Origin: an uncultured Acidobacteriaceae bacterium
Lineage (GTDB): Bacteria > Acidobacteriota > Terriglobia > Terriglobales > Acidobacteriaceae
Direction: 5' to 3'
Assembly: GCA_963834805.1 (NCBI GenBank)
Contig: CAWIDB010000007.1
Span: 89,536 to 153,535 of the forward strand
Length of the DNA: 64,000 bases
Numbering within the stretch: the stretch's first letter is position 1; the number at the start of each line of letters is the position of its first letter. This document shows positions 35,693-43,898 of this stretch, piece after piece. The position numbers and the translations under genes are program-made. The notes under the pieces were generated by a model. The model saw only the letters and a list, made by a program, of their open reading frames with translations. It did no database searches and was not told the DNA's origin.

Positions 35693-35723
35693 ACCCTGCC
35701 ACGCGATGAACCTGCGCGTCGAG

Positions 35724-35767
35724 GATGGGGCACCCGGCCCACCTCTCAAAATCGAGATATGGGGCAG
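35724..35767. repeat. Rep-F/Rep-A composite element (reverse orientation)
   Basis: The reverse complement reads ctgccccatatctcgattttgagaggtgggccgggtgccccatc. Confidence 0.55.
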
Positions 35768-35772
35768 ACGGA

Positions 35773-36726
35773 TTATTTGGGGGTGAAGTAGCCGTCGCGG
35801 GCCTGGACGGTGAAGGACTTGCCGACGGTGGTGGTTAGGTCGATCTTGTGGTACTTGTTGGGGCCGGAAGGGGGCGGACGGTAGCCGAGCTCGTAGGACT
35901 GGCGAAGGTCGGAGGCGATGGAAGCGAAGATATGCGAGAGGCTGCCGGAGGGGTAGACAGCGAACTCGCGACCGCCGGTCTGGCGGGATAGATCCTTGAG
36001 CACGCCCTCGTCGCCGCCGCCGTTGGAGTAGTAGATGGAGTAGACCATGATGTCGGCGCGCTGGGCCTCGCGGATGGCGTCTTTCTGGTTGAAGTGGCTG
36101 CCGTTGTCTCCTCCGTCGGTGAGGAGCACCATGGCGCGTCGACCGATCTGGGTGCCGAGTTCGAGGTGGGAGACGGCGACGATGGCATCGTATAGAAGGG
36201 TGCCACCGGGGCCGGGACGCGCGATGTCGTCGTGCGACTGGGTGAGGTAGGCGAGGCCGTGCGTTAGGGTTGTCTTGTTGGTGGTGAGTTTGACGAGCTG
36301 CAGAATGGAGCTGTCGAACTGGACGAGGACGGCGCTGTCGTCCGGCCGGGTGAGCATGGCGGGGAAGAAGACGCGGCTGGCGGCGATCTCGTCGGAGATG
36401 TAGGCGCGCTGGCTGCCGCTGGTGTCGACCATGAGTGCGAGGGTAAGGGGAAGGCTGTTGCCCAGGGAGAAGTAGTCGATGGACTGGGGCTTGCCGTCCT
36501 GCTTGAGAAGGAAACTGCCGCGGGTGAGGTTGTTGACGGGAAGACCGGCGTTGTCGCGGACAATGGCGGAGACGGCGACGAGCTTGGTGGTGACTTTGAG
36601 GGTGGCGGTTTCGGGCGCGAGGGTGGTGGGAGCCGGCGCGGGCGCTGGAGATTTGACAGGCGTCTGCGCGAAGGCAGGAGTGAGAACGGCGAGGAGGACG
36701 AGCGCGAGTAGGCGAGGAAGAGGCAT
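35773..36726 (-). CDS. VWA domain-containing secreted protein (acidobacterial VWFA-related type)
   Basis: Signal peptide MPLPRLLALVLLAVLTPAFAQ (start 36726). VWA/MIDAS LALMVDTSGSQ and ...LLTDGGDNGS.... The C-terminal YELGYRPP motif is typical of TIGR03436-like proteins, as I recall. Confidence 0.8.
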   Translation of the reverse strand: MPLPRLLALVLLAVLTPAFAQTPVKSPAPAPAPTTLAPETATLKVTTKLVAVSAIVRDNAGLPVNNLTRGSFLLKQDGKPQSIDYFSLGNSLPLTLALMVDTSGSQRAYISDEIAASRVFFPAMLTRPDDSAVLVQFDSSILQLVKLTTNKTTLTHGLAYLTQSHDDIARPGPGGTLLYDAIVAVSHLELGTQIGRRAMVLLTDGGDNGSHFNQKDAIREAQRADIMVYSIYYSNGGGDEGVLKDLSRQTGGREFAVYPSGSLSHIFASIASDLRQSYELGYRPPPSGPNKYHKIDLTTTVGKSFTVQARDGYFTPK

Positions 36727-36751
36727 GAGGCGCTGAGGTGAGTTTACATGG

Positions 36752-36796
36752 CCTACCCACTCATTCCGCAAAGCGCGCGGAATGAATAGGGCACCC
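36752..36796. repeat. Rep-A element copy (reverse orientation)
   Basis: cctacccactcattccgcaaagcgcgcggaatgaatagggcaccc. Confidence 0.6.
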
Positions 36797-36835
36797 GGCA
36801 CTATGGGGCATCCGGTAACAACCAAAACAAATGCG

Positions 36836-36891
36836 GGGGTCCTTCGACTACGCACATCGCAAAGTACGCGACGTTCTCCGCTCAGGATGAC
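36836..36891. repeat. Rep-C element copy
   Basis: ggggtccttcgactacgcacatcgcaaagtacgcgacgttctccgctcaggatgac. Confidence 0.65.
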
Positions 36892-36908
36892 AACGCAGGA
36901 CGTAACGG

Positions 36909-38225
36909 TTATTCACCCAGGACGCGGGCGAAGATGGCGTCGACGTTGGCGAGCTGGCGGGTGAAGTCGAAGGCGGCGGCGAGCTGTGTGGAGGTGAGGA
37001 GTGCGGCGATGGCGGGGTCGCGGGCGACTTCGTCGCGGAAGACGAGGCCTTCCTTCCAGGCGCGCATGGCGTGGGACTGGACGAGTGAGTAGGCGTCCTC
37101 GCGGGAGATTCCGGCGGCGGCGAGATCGAGCAGGAGCTGGCCGGAGAAGATGAGGCCGCCGGTGGATTCGAGGTTGCGCAGCATTCGCTCGGGGTAGACG
37201 AGGAGGCGGGCGATGAGCTGCTCGGTTTTGGCGAGGAGATAGTCGGCGAGGATGGTGGAGTCGGGGAGGATGACGCGCTCGGCGGAGGAGTGGGAGATGT
37301 CGCGCTCGTGCCAGAGGGCGATGTCCTCGAAGGCGACCTGGGCGTTGGCGCGGACGACGCGGGCCAGGCCGGAGATATGCTCGCTCGTGACCGGATTCCG
37401 TTTATGAGGCATCGCAGACGAGCCCTTTTGCTTTTCGCTGAAGAATTCTTCGGCCTCGCGGACCTCGGTGCGCTGGAGATGACGGACTTCGGTGGCGATC
37501 TTGTCTAAAGTAGAAACGAGAATTGCGAGGCTGGCCACATAGGCAGCATGGCGGTCGCGCTGGACGATTTGTGTGGCGATGGCGACGGGTTTGAGACCGA
37601 GTTCGGCGCAGATCGCTTCCTCGTGCTCGGGCTTGAGATGGCCGAAGGTGCCGACGGCGCCGGAGAGCTTGCCGACGCGGAGGTCTTCGGCGGCGGCGTC
37701 GAAGCGCAGGAGGTTGCGCTGCATCTCGGAGTACCAGAGGAGGAGCTTGAGGCCGAAGGTGGTGGGTTCGGCGTGGACGCCGTGGGTGCGGCCGATGATG
37801 GGGGTGTGCTTGAACTCGATGGCGCGGGTTTTTAATGTTTTGGAGAGCGCAACGATGCCGGCGCGGATGAGGGCAGAGGCTTCGCGGAGCTGGAGTGACT
37901 GCGCGGTGTCGACGACATCGGTAGAGGTGAGGCCGAAGTGCAGCCAGCGGGAGGATTTTTCGTCCTGATGAGGCGGCGCGTCGATGTGCTCGGCGACGGC
38001 GGTGGTGAAGGCGATGACGTCGTGGCGGACCTCGGCTTCGATCTCGTCGATGCGGGCGACGGTGAAGTTGCCGCGGTCGCGGATGGCGTCGGCGGCGGCC
38101 TGGGGGACGAGGCCGAAGCGGGCGAGGGTTTGGGATGCGGCGGTCTCGACGGTGAGCCAGCAGCGGAACTTATTTTCGTCGGACCAGATGCGGCCCATGG
38201 CAGGACGTGTGTAACGGGCGATCAT
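36909..38225 (-). CDS. purB: adenylosuccinate lyase
   Basis: 438 aa. MIARYTRPAMGRIWSDENKF..., the fumarate-lyase signature GSSAMPHKRNP, and a C-terminal ADSL domain. Confidence 0.95.
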   Translation of the reverse strand: MIARYTRPAMGRIWSDENKFRCWLTVETAASQTLARFGLVPQAAADAIRDRGNFTVARIDEIEAEVRHDVIAFTTAVAEHIDAPPHQDEKSSRWLHFGLTSTDVVDTAQSLQLREASALIRAGIVALSKTLKTRAIEFKHTPIIGRTHGVHAEPTTFGLKLLLWYSEMQRNLLRFDAAAEDLRVGKLSGAVGTFGHLKPEHEEAICAELGLKPVAIATQIVQRDRHAAYVASLAILVSTLDKIATEVRHLQRTEVREAEEFFSEKQKGSSAMPHKRNPVTSEHISGLARVVRANAQVAFEDIALWHERDISHSSAERVILPDSTILADYLLAKTEQLIARLLVYPERMLRNLESTGGLIFSGQLLLDLAAAGISREDAYSLVQSHAMRAWKEGLVFRDEVARDPAIAALLTSTQLAAAFDFTRQLANVDAIFARVLGE

Positions 38226-38235
38226 AGATTAGGTC

Positions 38236-38340
38236 CTAGGTTCGAGGTTCGAGTTGAAAAACAAATGCGGAGATTCTTTGCTGCGCTCAGAATGACAAAC
38301 AAAAAACTCTGGAATGACAAAAAAACTGGAATGATAAAGA
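38236..38340. repeat. hexamer run (ggttcgaggttcgag) followed by three 'ggaatgacaaa(a)' units
   Basis: ctaggttcgaggttcgagttg; then ctcagaatgacaaacaaaaaactctggaatgacaaaaaaactggaatgataaaga. Confidence 0.6.
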
Positions 38341-38341
38341 A

Positions 38342-38599
38342 CTATTTCACTGCGACACCGAAGAGGGCGGACATCTCGTCGTGCAGGAAGCCGCGACCAG
38401 GGCGATAGGGTTGAATCCACTTGCCGTCGAGGACGAACTGGGGGATGGCGCGCTTGCCGGTGTGGGCGATGACCTCGGCGGCTGCGCCGGGATTGGACTC
38501 GATATCGATCTCGGTGTAAGGGATGGAGTGGTCGGCAAGGAAACGCTTGGCATCGCGACAGTCGCGGCACCAGGCGGCACAGTAGACGAGTAGTTCCAT
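38342..38599 (-). CDS. glutaredoxin-like (NrdH/mycoredoxin-like) small thiol-disulfide protein
   Basis: 85 aa. N-terminal beta-strand plus WCRDC CxxC motif, and AIPQFVLDG (cis-Pro loop). Confidence 0.75.
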   Translation of the reverse strand: MELLVYCAAWCRDCRDAKRFLADHSIPYTEIDIESNPGAAAEVIAHTGKRAIPQFVLDGKWIQPYRPGRGFLHDEMSALFGVAVK

Positions 38600-38676
38600 G
38601 CATCTATTTTACGACGCGGGCGGAAGATGACGGGGAGGTGTGTAATCGCATGGGAGAAAAACGCGTCTATTGGGGC

Positions 38677-39255
38677 ATGAGCGGAATACGGATTGCGAGA
38701 TTGATTTTACGGGTTGGATTGGTTGCATCTGTATTGACTGGCGTTTCGGGGTGGGCGCAGAGCGCGGCGCCGAGTACGCCTGGGCTGAAGACGAATGACC
38801 AGCGACTGGCTGCCGCGGATACGGCAACGAGTGCAACTGATACAACTACGGCGGCAACGGGCAAGGCGGAGTCGCTGCAGGTGTCCAGTAAAGAGTACGA
38901 CGCGGTGAAGGAACTGGCGCGCATGACCAAGCGCTACGGCCTGACGGCGGAGCAGAAGACGAAGATCGAGCCGCTGCTGCTGGAACAGCAGAAGCAGGTG
39001 CATGCGCTGGGCGAGGACGAGTCGCTGACGGATGCGGAGTGGGCGGGTGCAGTGAGGCAGGTGCATCAGGCGACGGTGTTGAAGGTAAAAAAGCTGCTGA
39101 CCGATGAGCAATTGAGCAAGTACGCGAAGGACGAGGCGAAGAGGGCGAAGCAAGCGGGGAACGATTCGGACGCGGAGGACGATGGACCGCCGGATGGGCC
39201 TCCACCGGATGGTGGGCCTCCGGGTGGTGGACCGGGTGGCGGTGGACCAGGCTAG
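38677..39255 (+). CDS. periplasmic LTxxQ-motif (Spy/CpxP-like) protein with Gly/Pro-rich tail
   Basis: Signal peptide. Two LTxxQ motifs (GLTAEQKTKI, LLTDEQLSKY). C-terminal GPPDGPPPDGGPPGGGPGGGGPG. Confidence 0.6.
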   Translation: MSGIRIARLILRVGLVASVLTGVSGWAQSAAPSTPGLKTNDQRLAAADTATSATDTTTAATGKAESLQVSSKEYDAVKELARMTKRYGLTAEQKTKIEPLLLEQQKQVHALGEDESLTDAEWAGAVRQVHQATVLKVKKLLTDEQLSKYAKDEAKRAKQAGNDSDAEDDGPPDGPPPDGGPPGGGPGGGGPG

Positions 39256-39261
39256 GCGAAG

Positions 39262-39720
39262 CTAGCGGCGGGAGCGGAAGAAGGCGGTGAGGAGATTGCC
39301 GCATTCTTCGGCGAGGAGGCCGGAGGAGACTTCGACCTGGTGGTTGAGCTGGGGGTGATTCATCACGCTGAGGACGGAACCGCAGGCGCCTGCCTTAGGG
39401 TCGGGCGCGGCGTAGACCAGGCGACTGACGCGCGCGTGGAGGATGGCTCCGGCGCACATGGCGCAGGGCTCGAGCGTGACGTAGAGGGTGCAGCCCGGAG
39501 GCAAGCGATAGTTGGCGAGGGCGCGGGCGGCGTGGCGGAGGGCGACGATCTCGGCGTGGGCGGTGGGGTCGTGGTCGCGGAGGACACGGTTCTGGCCGCG
39601 GGCGATGATCTCGCCGTCGCGCACAATGACTGCGCCAATGGGGACTTCGCCGTCATGCTCGGCTGCGCGGGCTTCGGCGATGCAGGCGTGGAGGTAGTCG
39701 AGGTCGGTGGCGTCCGTCAT
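39262..39720 (-). CDS. tadA: tRNA adenosine(34) deaminase
   Basis: HAEIVALR and TLEPCAMCAG zinc-binding motifs. 153 aa from the ATG at 39720. The longer 336-aa ORF upstream overlaps aguA and was rejected. Confidence 0.9.
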   Translation of the reverse strand: MTDATDLDYLHACIAEARAAEHDGEVPIGAVIVRDGEIIARGQNRVLRDHDPTAHAEIVALRHAARALANYRLPPGCTLYVTLEPCAMCAGAILHARVSRLVYAAPDPKAGACGSVLSVMNHPQLNHQVEVSSGLLAEECGNLLTAFFRSRR

Positions 39721-40829
39721 GCGGGTTCCTGCTGGGTGAGGCAGTGGAGGGTGCCGAGGCCCCAAACGAGGTCGACGGAGTGGATGCCGACGATCTGGCG
39801 GCTGGGAAAGCAGGCGGCGACGATGTCGAGGGCGCGGCGGTCGTTGGGGTCGTTGAAGGTGGGGACGAGGACGAGCGAGTTGGCGATGTAGAAGTTGGCG
39901 TAGCTGGCGGGGAGGCGTTGACCCTCGAAGACGACCGGAGCGGGCATGGGGAGGGTGACGATGCGGAAGGGCTTGCCGTGGTTGGGGCCGAAGGCGTGGC
40001 GGAAGGAGTGTAGGCGCTCGAGGTTCTCGGCCAGCGGGAGATGGTTCTTGTCGGCGGTGGTGGGCTCGATGCAGGCGAGGATTGTGTCTTCTGCGACGAA
40101 GCGGGCGACGTCGTCGATATGGCCGTGGGTGTCGTCTCCGGCACAGCCGCGCGGCAGCCAGAGAGTCTGGTGGATGCCGAGGTAATCGTGGAAGGCGGTT
40201 TCGAGCAGGCCTTGCGTGGTGGTTTCGTCGCCGAGGCCGGGGTTGCGCTGCTGGACTTCCGACAGCAAGCACTCCTCGGTGGTGAGGAGGACGCCAGCTC
40301 CGTTGACGTCGATGGAGCCGCCCTCGAGGACGATGCGGTGAGGCTTACCCTTGGGATCGAAGGGCGCAGGTGGGACTACGGGCTTGATCTCTGGGAGGTG
40401 GTAGAGCTGGGCGACGCGGTGGGGAACCTGATCGTCGCGCAGGAAGTTGGAGTACTTGGCCCAGGCGTTGAACTTCCAGTTAGTGGCGGCGAGGTTGGCG
40501 CTTGGGTCCTCGGCGGAGTCATCGGTTTGTTTCACGAAGATGGGGCCGGAGTCGCGCAGCCAGACGCGGTCTGTGGGCCAGTGGTGGAAGTGGAGGCGGG
40601 CGAGGTTGGCTCCGCCGCGGCGGAGGATGGAGGTGGCGCGGCGCTCGGCGGCGAGATCGTTGACCAGGATGTGGATGTCTTCGACGGCGGAGAGATGACG
40701 AACGATCTCTGCGTAGACCCAGGGGATGGGTTGAAACTTGCCGGGCCAGTCTTCTGGATTGTGGGGCCAGGCGATCCATGTGGCGGCGTGGGGTTCCCAC
40801 TCTGCGGGCATCCTGCGGGTTGAGGTCAT
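39717..40829 (-). CDS. aguA: agmatine deiminase (PAD_porph family)
   Basis: MPAEWEPHAATWIAWPH..., DSGPIFV, WLPRGCAGDDTHGHIDD and the C-terminal GLGTLHCLTQQEP catalytic Cys motif. Start placed at 40829. Confidence 0.9.
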   Translation of the reverse strand: MTSTRRMPAEWEPHAATWIAWPHNPEDWPGKFQPIPWVYAEIVRHLSAVEDIHILVNDLAAERRATSILRRGGANLARLHFHHWPTDRVWLRDSGPIFVKQTDDSAEDPSANLAATNWKFNAWAKYSNFLRDDQVPHRVAQLYHLPEIKPVVPPAPFDPKGKPHRIVLEGGSIDVNGAGVLLTTEECLLSEVQQRNPGLGDETTTQGLLETAFHDYLGIHQTLWLPRGCAGDDTHGHIDDVARFVAEDTILACIEPTTADKNHLPLAENLERLHSFRHAFGPNHGKPFRIVTLPMPAPVVFEGQRLPASYANFYIANSLVLVPTFNDPNDRRALDIVAACFPSRQIVGIHSVDLVWGLGTLHCLTQQEPA

Positions 40830-40891
40830 GGTGCTACCAGAGTAACAAGGCGCGCGGTGAGGGATCGGGTATTCTGTGGGCTGGAGGAAGT

Positions 40892-41329
40892 ATGAAGCGA
40901 AATCGTTCCGCCGTATCCAGCCCTGTCCCGCTGAAGGCGCAGGGCGCGCCGCCGCAGGTTGGCGCGGGCCAGCCGTACACCGTGGAGTACTACTACAAGC
41001 TGCCATGGGGCCGTCAGCAGGAGTTCCTGCAACTCTTCCTGAAGAACCACTACCCACTGCTGGAGAGAGTCCGGGCGACGGGGCGTATTCTGTCGCTGAA
41101 GATGGATACGCCGGCGTACCACACGACGGAGGACGGGCGATGGGACTATAGGGTAACCATCCGCTATAAGGACTCGACGGTGGCGACCACGGCGAACCCC
41201 GACGAAGAGAGATTCAAGAAAGAGCTATGGCCGGACCAGAAGACCTTCGCGCAAGAAGAGCAGCGGAGGTTTGAGATCCTGCAGGCGCACTGGGACCTGC
41301 CGGTGACGGAGATTACTCCTGCGAAGTAG
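40892..41329 (+). CDS. hypothetical protein (small alpha/beta protein; no family recognised)
   Basis: 146 aa from the ATG at 40892 (RBS ggaggaag). Composition looks like coding sequence. No motif recognised. Confidence 0.55.
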   Translation: MKRNRSAVSSPVPLKAQGAPPQVGAGQPYTVEYYYKLPWGRQQEFLQLFLKNHYPLLERVRATGRILSLKMDTPAYHTTEDGRWDYRVTIRYKDSTVATTANPDEERFKKELWPDQKTFAQEEQRRFEILQAHWDLPVTEITPAK

Positions 41330-41340
41330 GGGGGAGGCGG

Positions 41341-41364
41341 GGTTCGAGGTTCAAGGTTCGAGGT
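41341..41364. repeat. hexamer run ggttcgaggttcaaggttcgaggt
   Basis: Same ggttcgagg periodic unit as at 38236-38256. Confidence 0.55.
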
Positions 41365-41390
41365 GAGTGTGGGGCGCACGACAATAGGCT

Positions 41391-41435
41391 ATTCTCGTGT
41401 TCCTTGATCGCGAAGCGATCAAGGAACACGAGAAT
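41391..41435. terminator. perfect 21-bp palindrome with 3-nt loop between convergent genes
   Basis: attctcgtgttccttgatcgc-gaa-gcgatcaaggaacacgagaat. Lies between 40892..41329 (+) and 41495..42280 (-). Confidence 0.6.
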
Positions 41436-41494
41436 CTATAAAAGAGAGCGCTATTCGGCACTCGTGAACGCGTGCCCTTCCGATCCCACACGGA

Positions 41495-42280
41495 TCAGGG
41501 CAGGGGATCCATGACGACTTCGATCTGGAGGTGGCTGGTGCTGCCGGGAATATCGAGGGAGCCGAGCGGTTGGGACTTGCCGGGAGCGAGATAGGATTCA
41601 CCCTTCAGAGAGGCCTGGCGGACGATCGGTTCCCGAATGTCTCCCACTACATCAGACTTTTCCGGCGCGACGCTGGACTGCTCCACGTTTGAACGCAGCA
41701 TGGCGCCATCGCCCATTGTTGTCAGGGTCACGTCGAAGTTCATGCCAACGTCGATATAGGTAAATTGCGTCTGTACGCCGGCGGGACTGTTTCCGCCGCC
41801 GCTATAGGAGCCTGTGATGACAGGAACTCTATTGCCGAGCTTGAGTGTCGTCGCCTGCCCCGAGGTCATGATGACGGCGTAGTGCTGTACGCCAATCTGC
41901 TTGCCGCCATCCATCTCGGTTACGGTGTAGGTGAGGCGGTAGTTCTTTTTAGGGCGGTCGATTTCGTTGAGGACCTTCTGGGCGAAGGCAATATCGCCAG
42001 CGGTGGCGCGGATGAGGACGGCGTTCTGGTTGGCGACAAGATAAATTTTGGCATCGGGAGTGAGGGTATTGCGCAGGGCAGTCACGATCTCGTTGGCGTC
42101 GCTCTGCTGGTTAACATTTTTCAGGTAGATGGTTTGTTGGGGCAGGAGATTGACGCACTGCTTTGCGTAGGGTGTGTCTGAGCAGGATACGGGGGCAGCA
42201 GGCGCGGTCTGCGCGAATGTGGCTGAGCCGGTGAGGATTACGGATATGGCGGCGGTTAGGAATCTCGTTGCGAGCTTCAT
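41495..42280 (-). CDS. secreted protein with secretin-N/STN-like domain
   Basis: Signal peptide MKLATRFLTAAISVILTGSATFAQ. TIYLKNVNQQSDANEIVTALRNTL...IYLVANQNAVLIRATAGDIAFAQKVLNEID resembles the short N-domain of secretins. Third gene of an ECF operon (4-nt overlap with the upstream gene). Confidence 0.65.
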   Translation of the reverse strand: MKLATRFLTAAISVILTGSATFAQTAPAAPVSCSDTPYAKQCVNLLPQQTIYLKNVNQQSDANEIVTALRNTLTPDAKIYLVANQNAVLIRATAGDIAFAQKVLNEIDRPKKNYRLTYTVTEMDGGKQIGVQHYAVIMTSGQATTLKLGNRVPVITGSYSGGGNSPAGVQTQFTYIDVGMNFDVTLTTMGDGAMLRSNVEQSSVAPEKSDVVGDIREPIVRQASLKGESYLAPGKSQPLGSLDIPGSTSHLQIEVVMDPLP

Positions 42281-42975
42281 ATTTGTTCTCCCTGTTGCGG
42301 TGCAGTTCGGTTTTCCTGGGTATTGGTTGGGGACTCGCTATCCGCAGGCTGCGGCGGAGCAGGTGGCGGGGCAAAGAACTTGTTGAAGTCGTCGGTTTCC
42401 TGAGTTACAGCCTTCTCCTGCGCATCAAGGCTGAACGAGGCCAACTGTTTTGGGTTGACCGTTTGCACGAGACGTACGAGTGCGCGCTCCTGGGCGGTGA
42501 GAGGCATGACGGGTGCTGGATGCGAAGGAGCAAAGCTGGCGGAGGACTCAATCCATGGGTGAGAAACGTGCCGATGCGTGGTCAGTTCGGGTGCAGGCCT
42601 TCCCGATGCGTGGTGAACCTGCGCAGGGGCTGGGCACCCAGCGGAAGCCGCGACCGGCAGGGCAGTTGGAGCGAGATTGTGCGTGACGGCTACCTGGCTG
42701 ACGGCGGGCCGCTTTGCTCGCAGGCTGTGCTGGGTGAGCAGCAGGGCGCCGACGAGGAACATTGCAGCGGCTGCCCCACTGAAAGCGCCGCGCCACCAGG
42801 CTGCGGCGAGCGCGGAGCCGGTGAGCAGATCGCGCCAGCGAAAGTGCGCGACTTGCGCCGGTTGCTGCAGGCGCTGCAGGATGCGGGCCTCCATGCCTTC
42901 GGGCAGCGCGGCTGATTTCAAGGCTGCGATGGTCTTGTCGATTGAGGCGTCGTGGTTGTGGTTTGTGTTCATCAT
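42277..42975 (-). CDS. putative anti-sigma factor (single TM)
   Basis: 232 aa, immediately downstream of the ECF sigma gene (5-nt gap). Central TM helix (AFSGAAAAMFLVGALLL). No zf-HC2 Cys/His motif seen. Confidence 0.55.
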   Translation of the reverse strand: MMNTNHNHDASIDKTIAALKSAALPEGMEARILQRLQQPAQVAHFRWRDLLTGSALAAAWWRGAFSGAAAAMFLVGALLLTQHSLRAKRPAVSQVAVTHNLAPTALPVAASAGCPAPAQVHHASGRPAPELTTHRHVSHPWIESSASFAPSHPAPVMPLTAQERALVRLVQTVNPKQLASFSLDAQEKAVTQETDDFNKFFAPPPAPPQPADSESPTNTQENRTAPQQGEQI

Positions 42976-42980
42976 ATCTC

Positions 42981-43523
42981 CTAATCTTCGAGCCGTTGGC
43001 GGAGGTGGGTGCGTGCGCGAAATAGCAGCGAACGGACGCTGGATTCGCTGCGGCCCAGGACGGCGGCGATCTCCGCGGAACTCAGCTCGTCCATTGCGGA
43101 GAGAAGCAGCGCCTGACGTTCGCGCTGGGGCAGTCGCTCCATGGCGGCCAGCACCTGGCGGATGCGTCTGGCCTCTGCGAGCGTCTGGTCGGCGGGCAGA
43201 TCGGCGGAGACGAGGCCCTCGGCGAAGAGATCGTCCATCTGCTGCGGGCGTACTCTGCGGCAGCGGTCGAGCGCGAGGTTCCAGGCGATATGCACCAGCC
43301 AGGGCCTAAGCTCGACGATTTCGTCCAACTGCCGTTGGCGCTGCAAGACGCGCAGGAAGACATCCTGGACTACGTCCTCCGCCTCGGACGGGTTGCGCAG
43401 GAGGGCGAGCGCGATGCGATAGAGCAGGCCGGAGTAGTCATGCACCAACGCGGCCAGATCGGGCTCAGCCTCCACCCGCTCTGCTGCAAACCATTGCAAG
43501 CTCTGTTCCCCGATCGCGTCCAT
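42981..43523 (-). CDS. ECF-type RNA polymerase sigma factor
   Basis: 180 aa. Region 2 (LYRIALALLRNPSEAEDVVQDVFLRV) and region 4 (LPQRERQALLLSAMDELSSAEIAAVLGRSESSVRSLLFRAR). Confidence 0.85.
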   Translation of the reverse strand: MDAIGEQSLQWFAAERVEAEPDLAALVHDYSGLLYRIALALLRNPSEAEDVVQDVFLRVLQRQRQLDEIVELRPWLVHIAWNLALDRCRRVRPQQMDDLFAEGLVSADLPADQTLAEARRIRQVLAAMERLPQRERQALLLSAMDELSSAEIAAVLGRSESSVRSLLFRARTHLRQRLED

Positions 43524-43597
43524 TCATTCCTTCTACTCCACAGACGCGCGAGGTGGCGATCCGCTCGAATTTATTTATCAAGTTGATAAAACGCAAT

Positions 43598-43636
43598 TTG
43601 CCATAGTACATGGCAATCTGCCATAATAGTTGCCAT
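43598..43636. promoter_or_regulatory. vapBC promoter/operator candidate: four TTGCCAT-type half-sites
   Basis: ttgccat (43598), atggcaa (43610, forming the dyad ttgccat-agtac-atggcaa), ctgccat (43618) and ttgccat (43630, overlapping the vapB ATG). A possible -10 cataat lies at 43621-43626. Confidence 0.4.
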
Positions 43637-43898
43637 GGAACTCACCATCGATAAGTTTGGCCGAGTTGTTATACCGAAGAAGCTGCGTGAGCATCTTGGC
43701 GTGGGGCTGAGCCTGAAGGTTGAGGTGAAGGAGACGCCCGACGGGATTCTGCTGAAGCCGGTGCGCCGCGGGTCCGGGCTGATGATGAAGGATGGGGTGC
43801 TAATCCATCGCGGCGGGGGCGACAACGGCCACATTAATTGGGAGACGCTGGTGGACGATGAGCGTGAAGAACGGATCCGGCATATCGCCGAGGTATGA
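43635..43898 (+). CDS. vapB: AbrB/MazE/SpoVT-family antitoxin (VapB-like)
   Basis: MELTIDKFGRVVIPKKLREHLGV swapped-hairpin motif. 4-nt overlap with the downstream PIN gene. Confidence 0.8.
   Translation: MELTIDKFGRVVIPKKLREHLGVGLSLKVEVKETPDGILLKPVRRGSGLMMKDGVLIHRGGGDNGHINWETLVDDEREERIRHIAEV

Noticed and set aside
39721-40272. N-terminal 183 codons of the 336-aa ORF containing tadA.
   Set aside because: This part is Pro/Arg-rich and overlaps aguA out of frame. The deaminase domain starts at the ATG at 39720, which overlaps the aguA stop.
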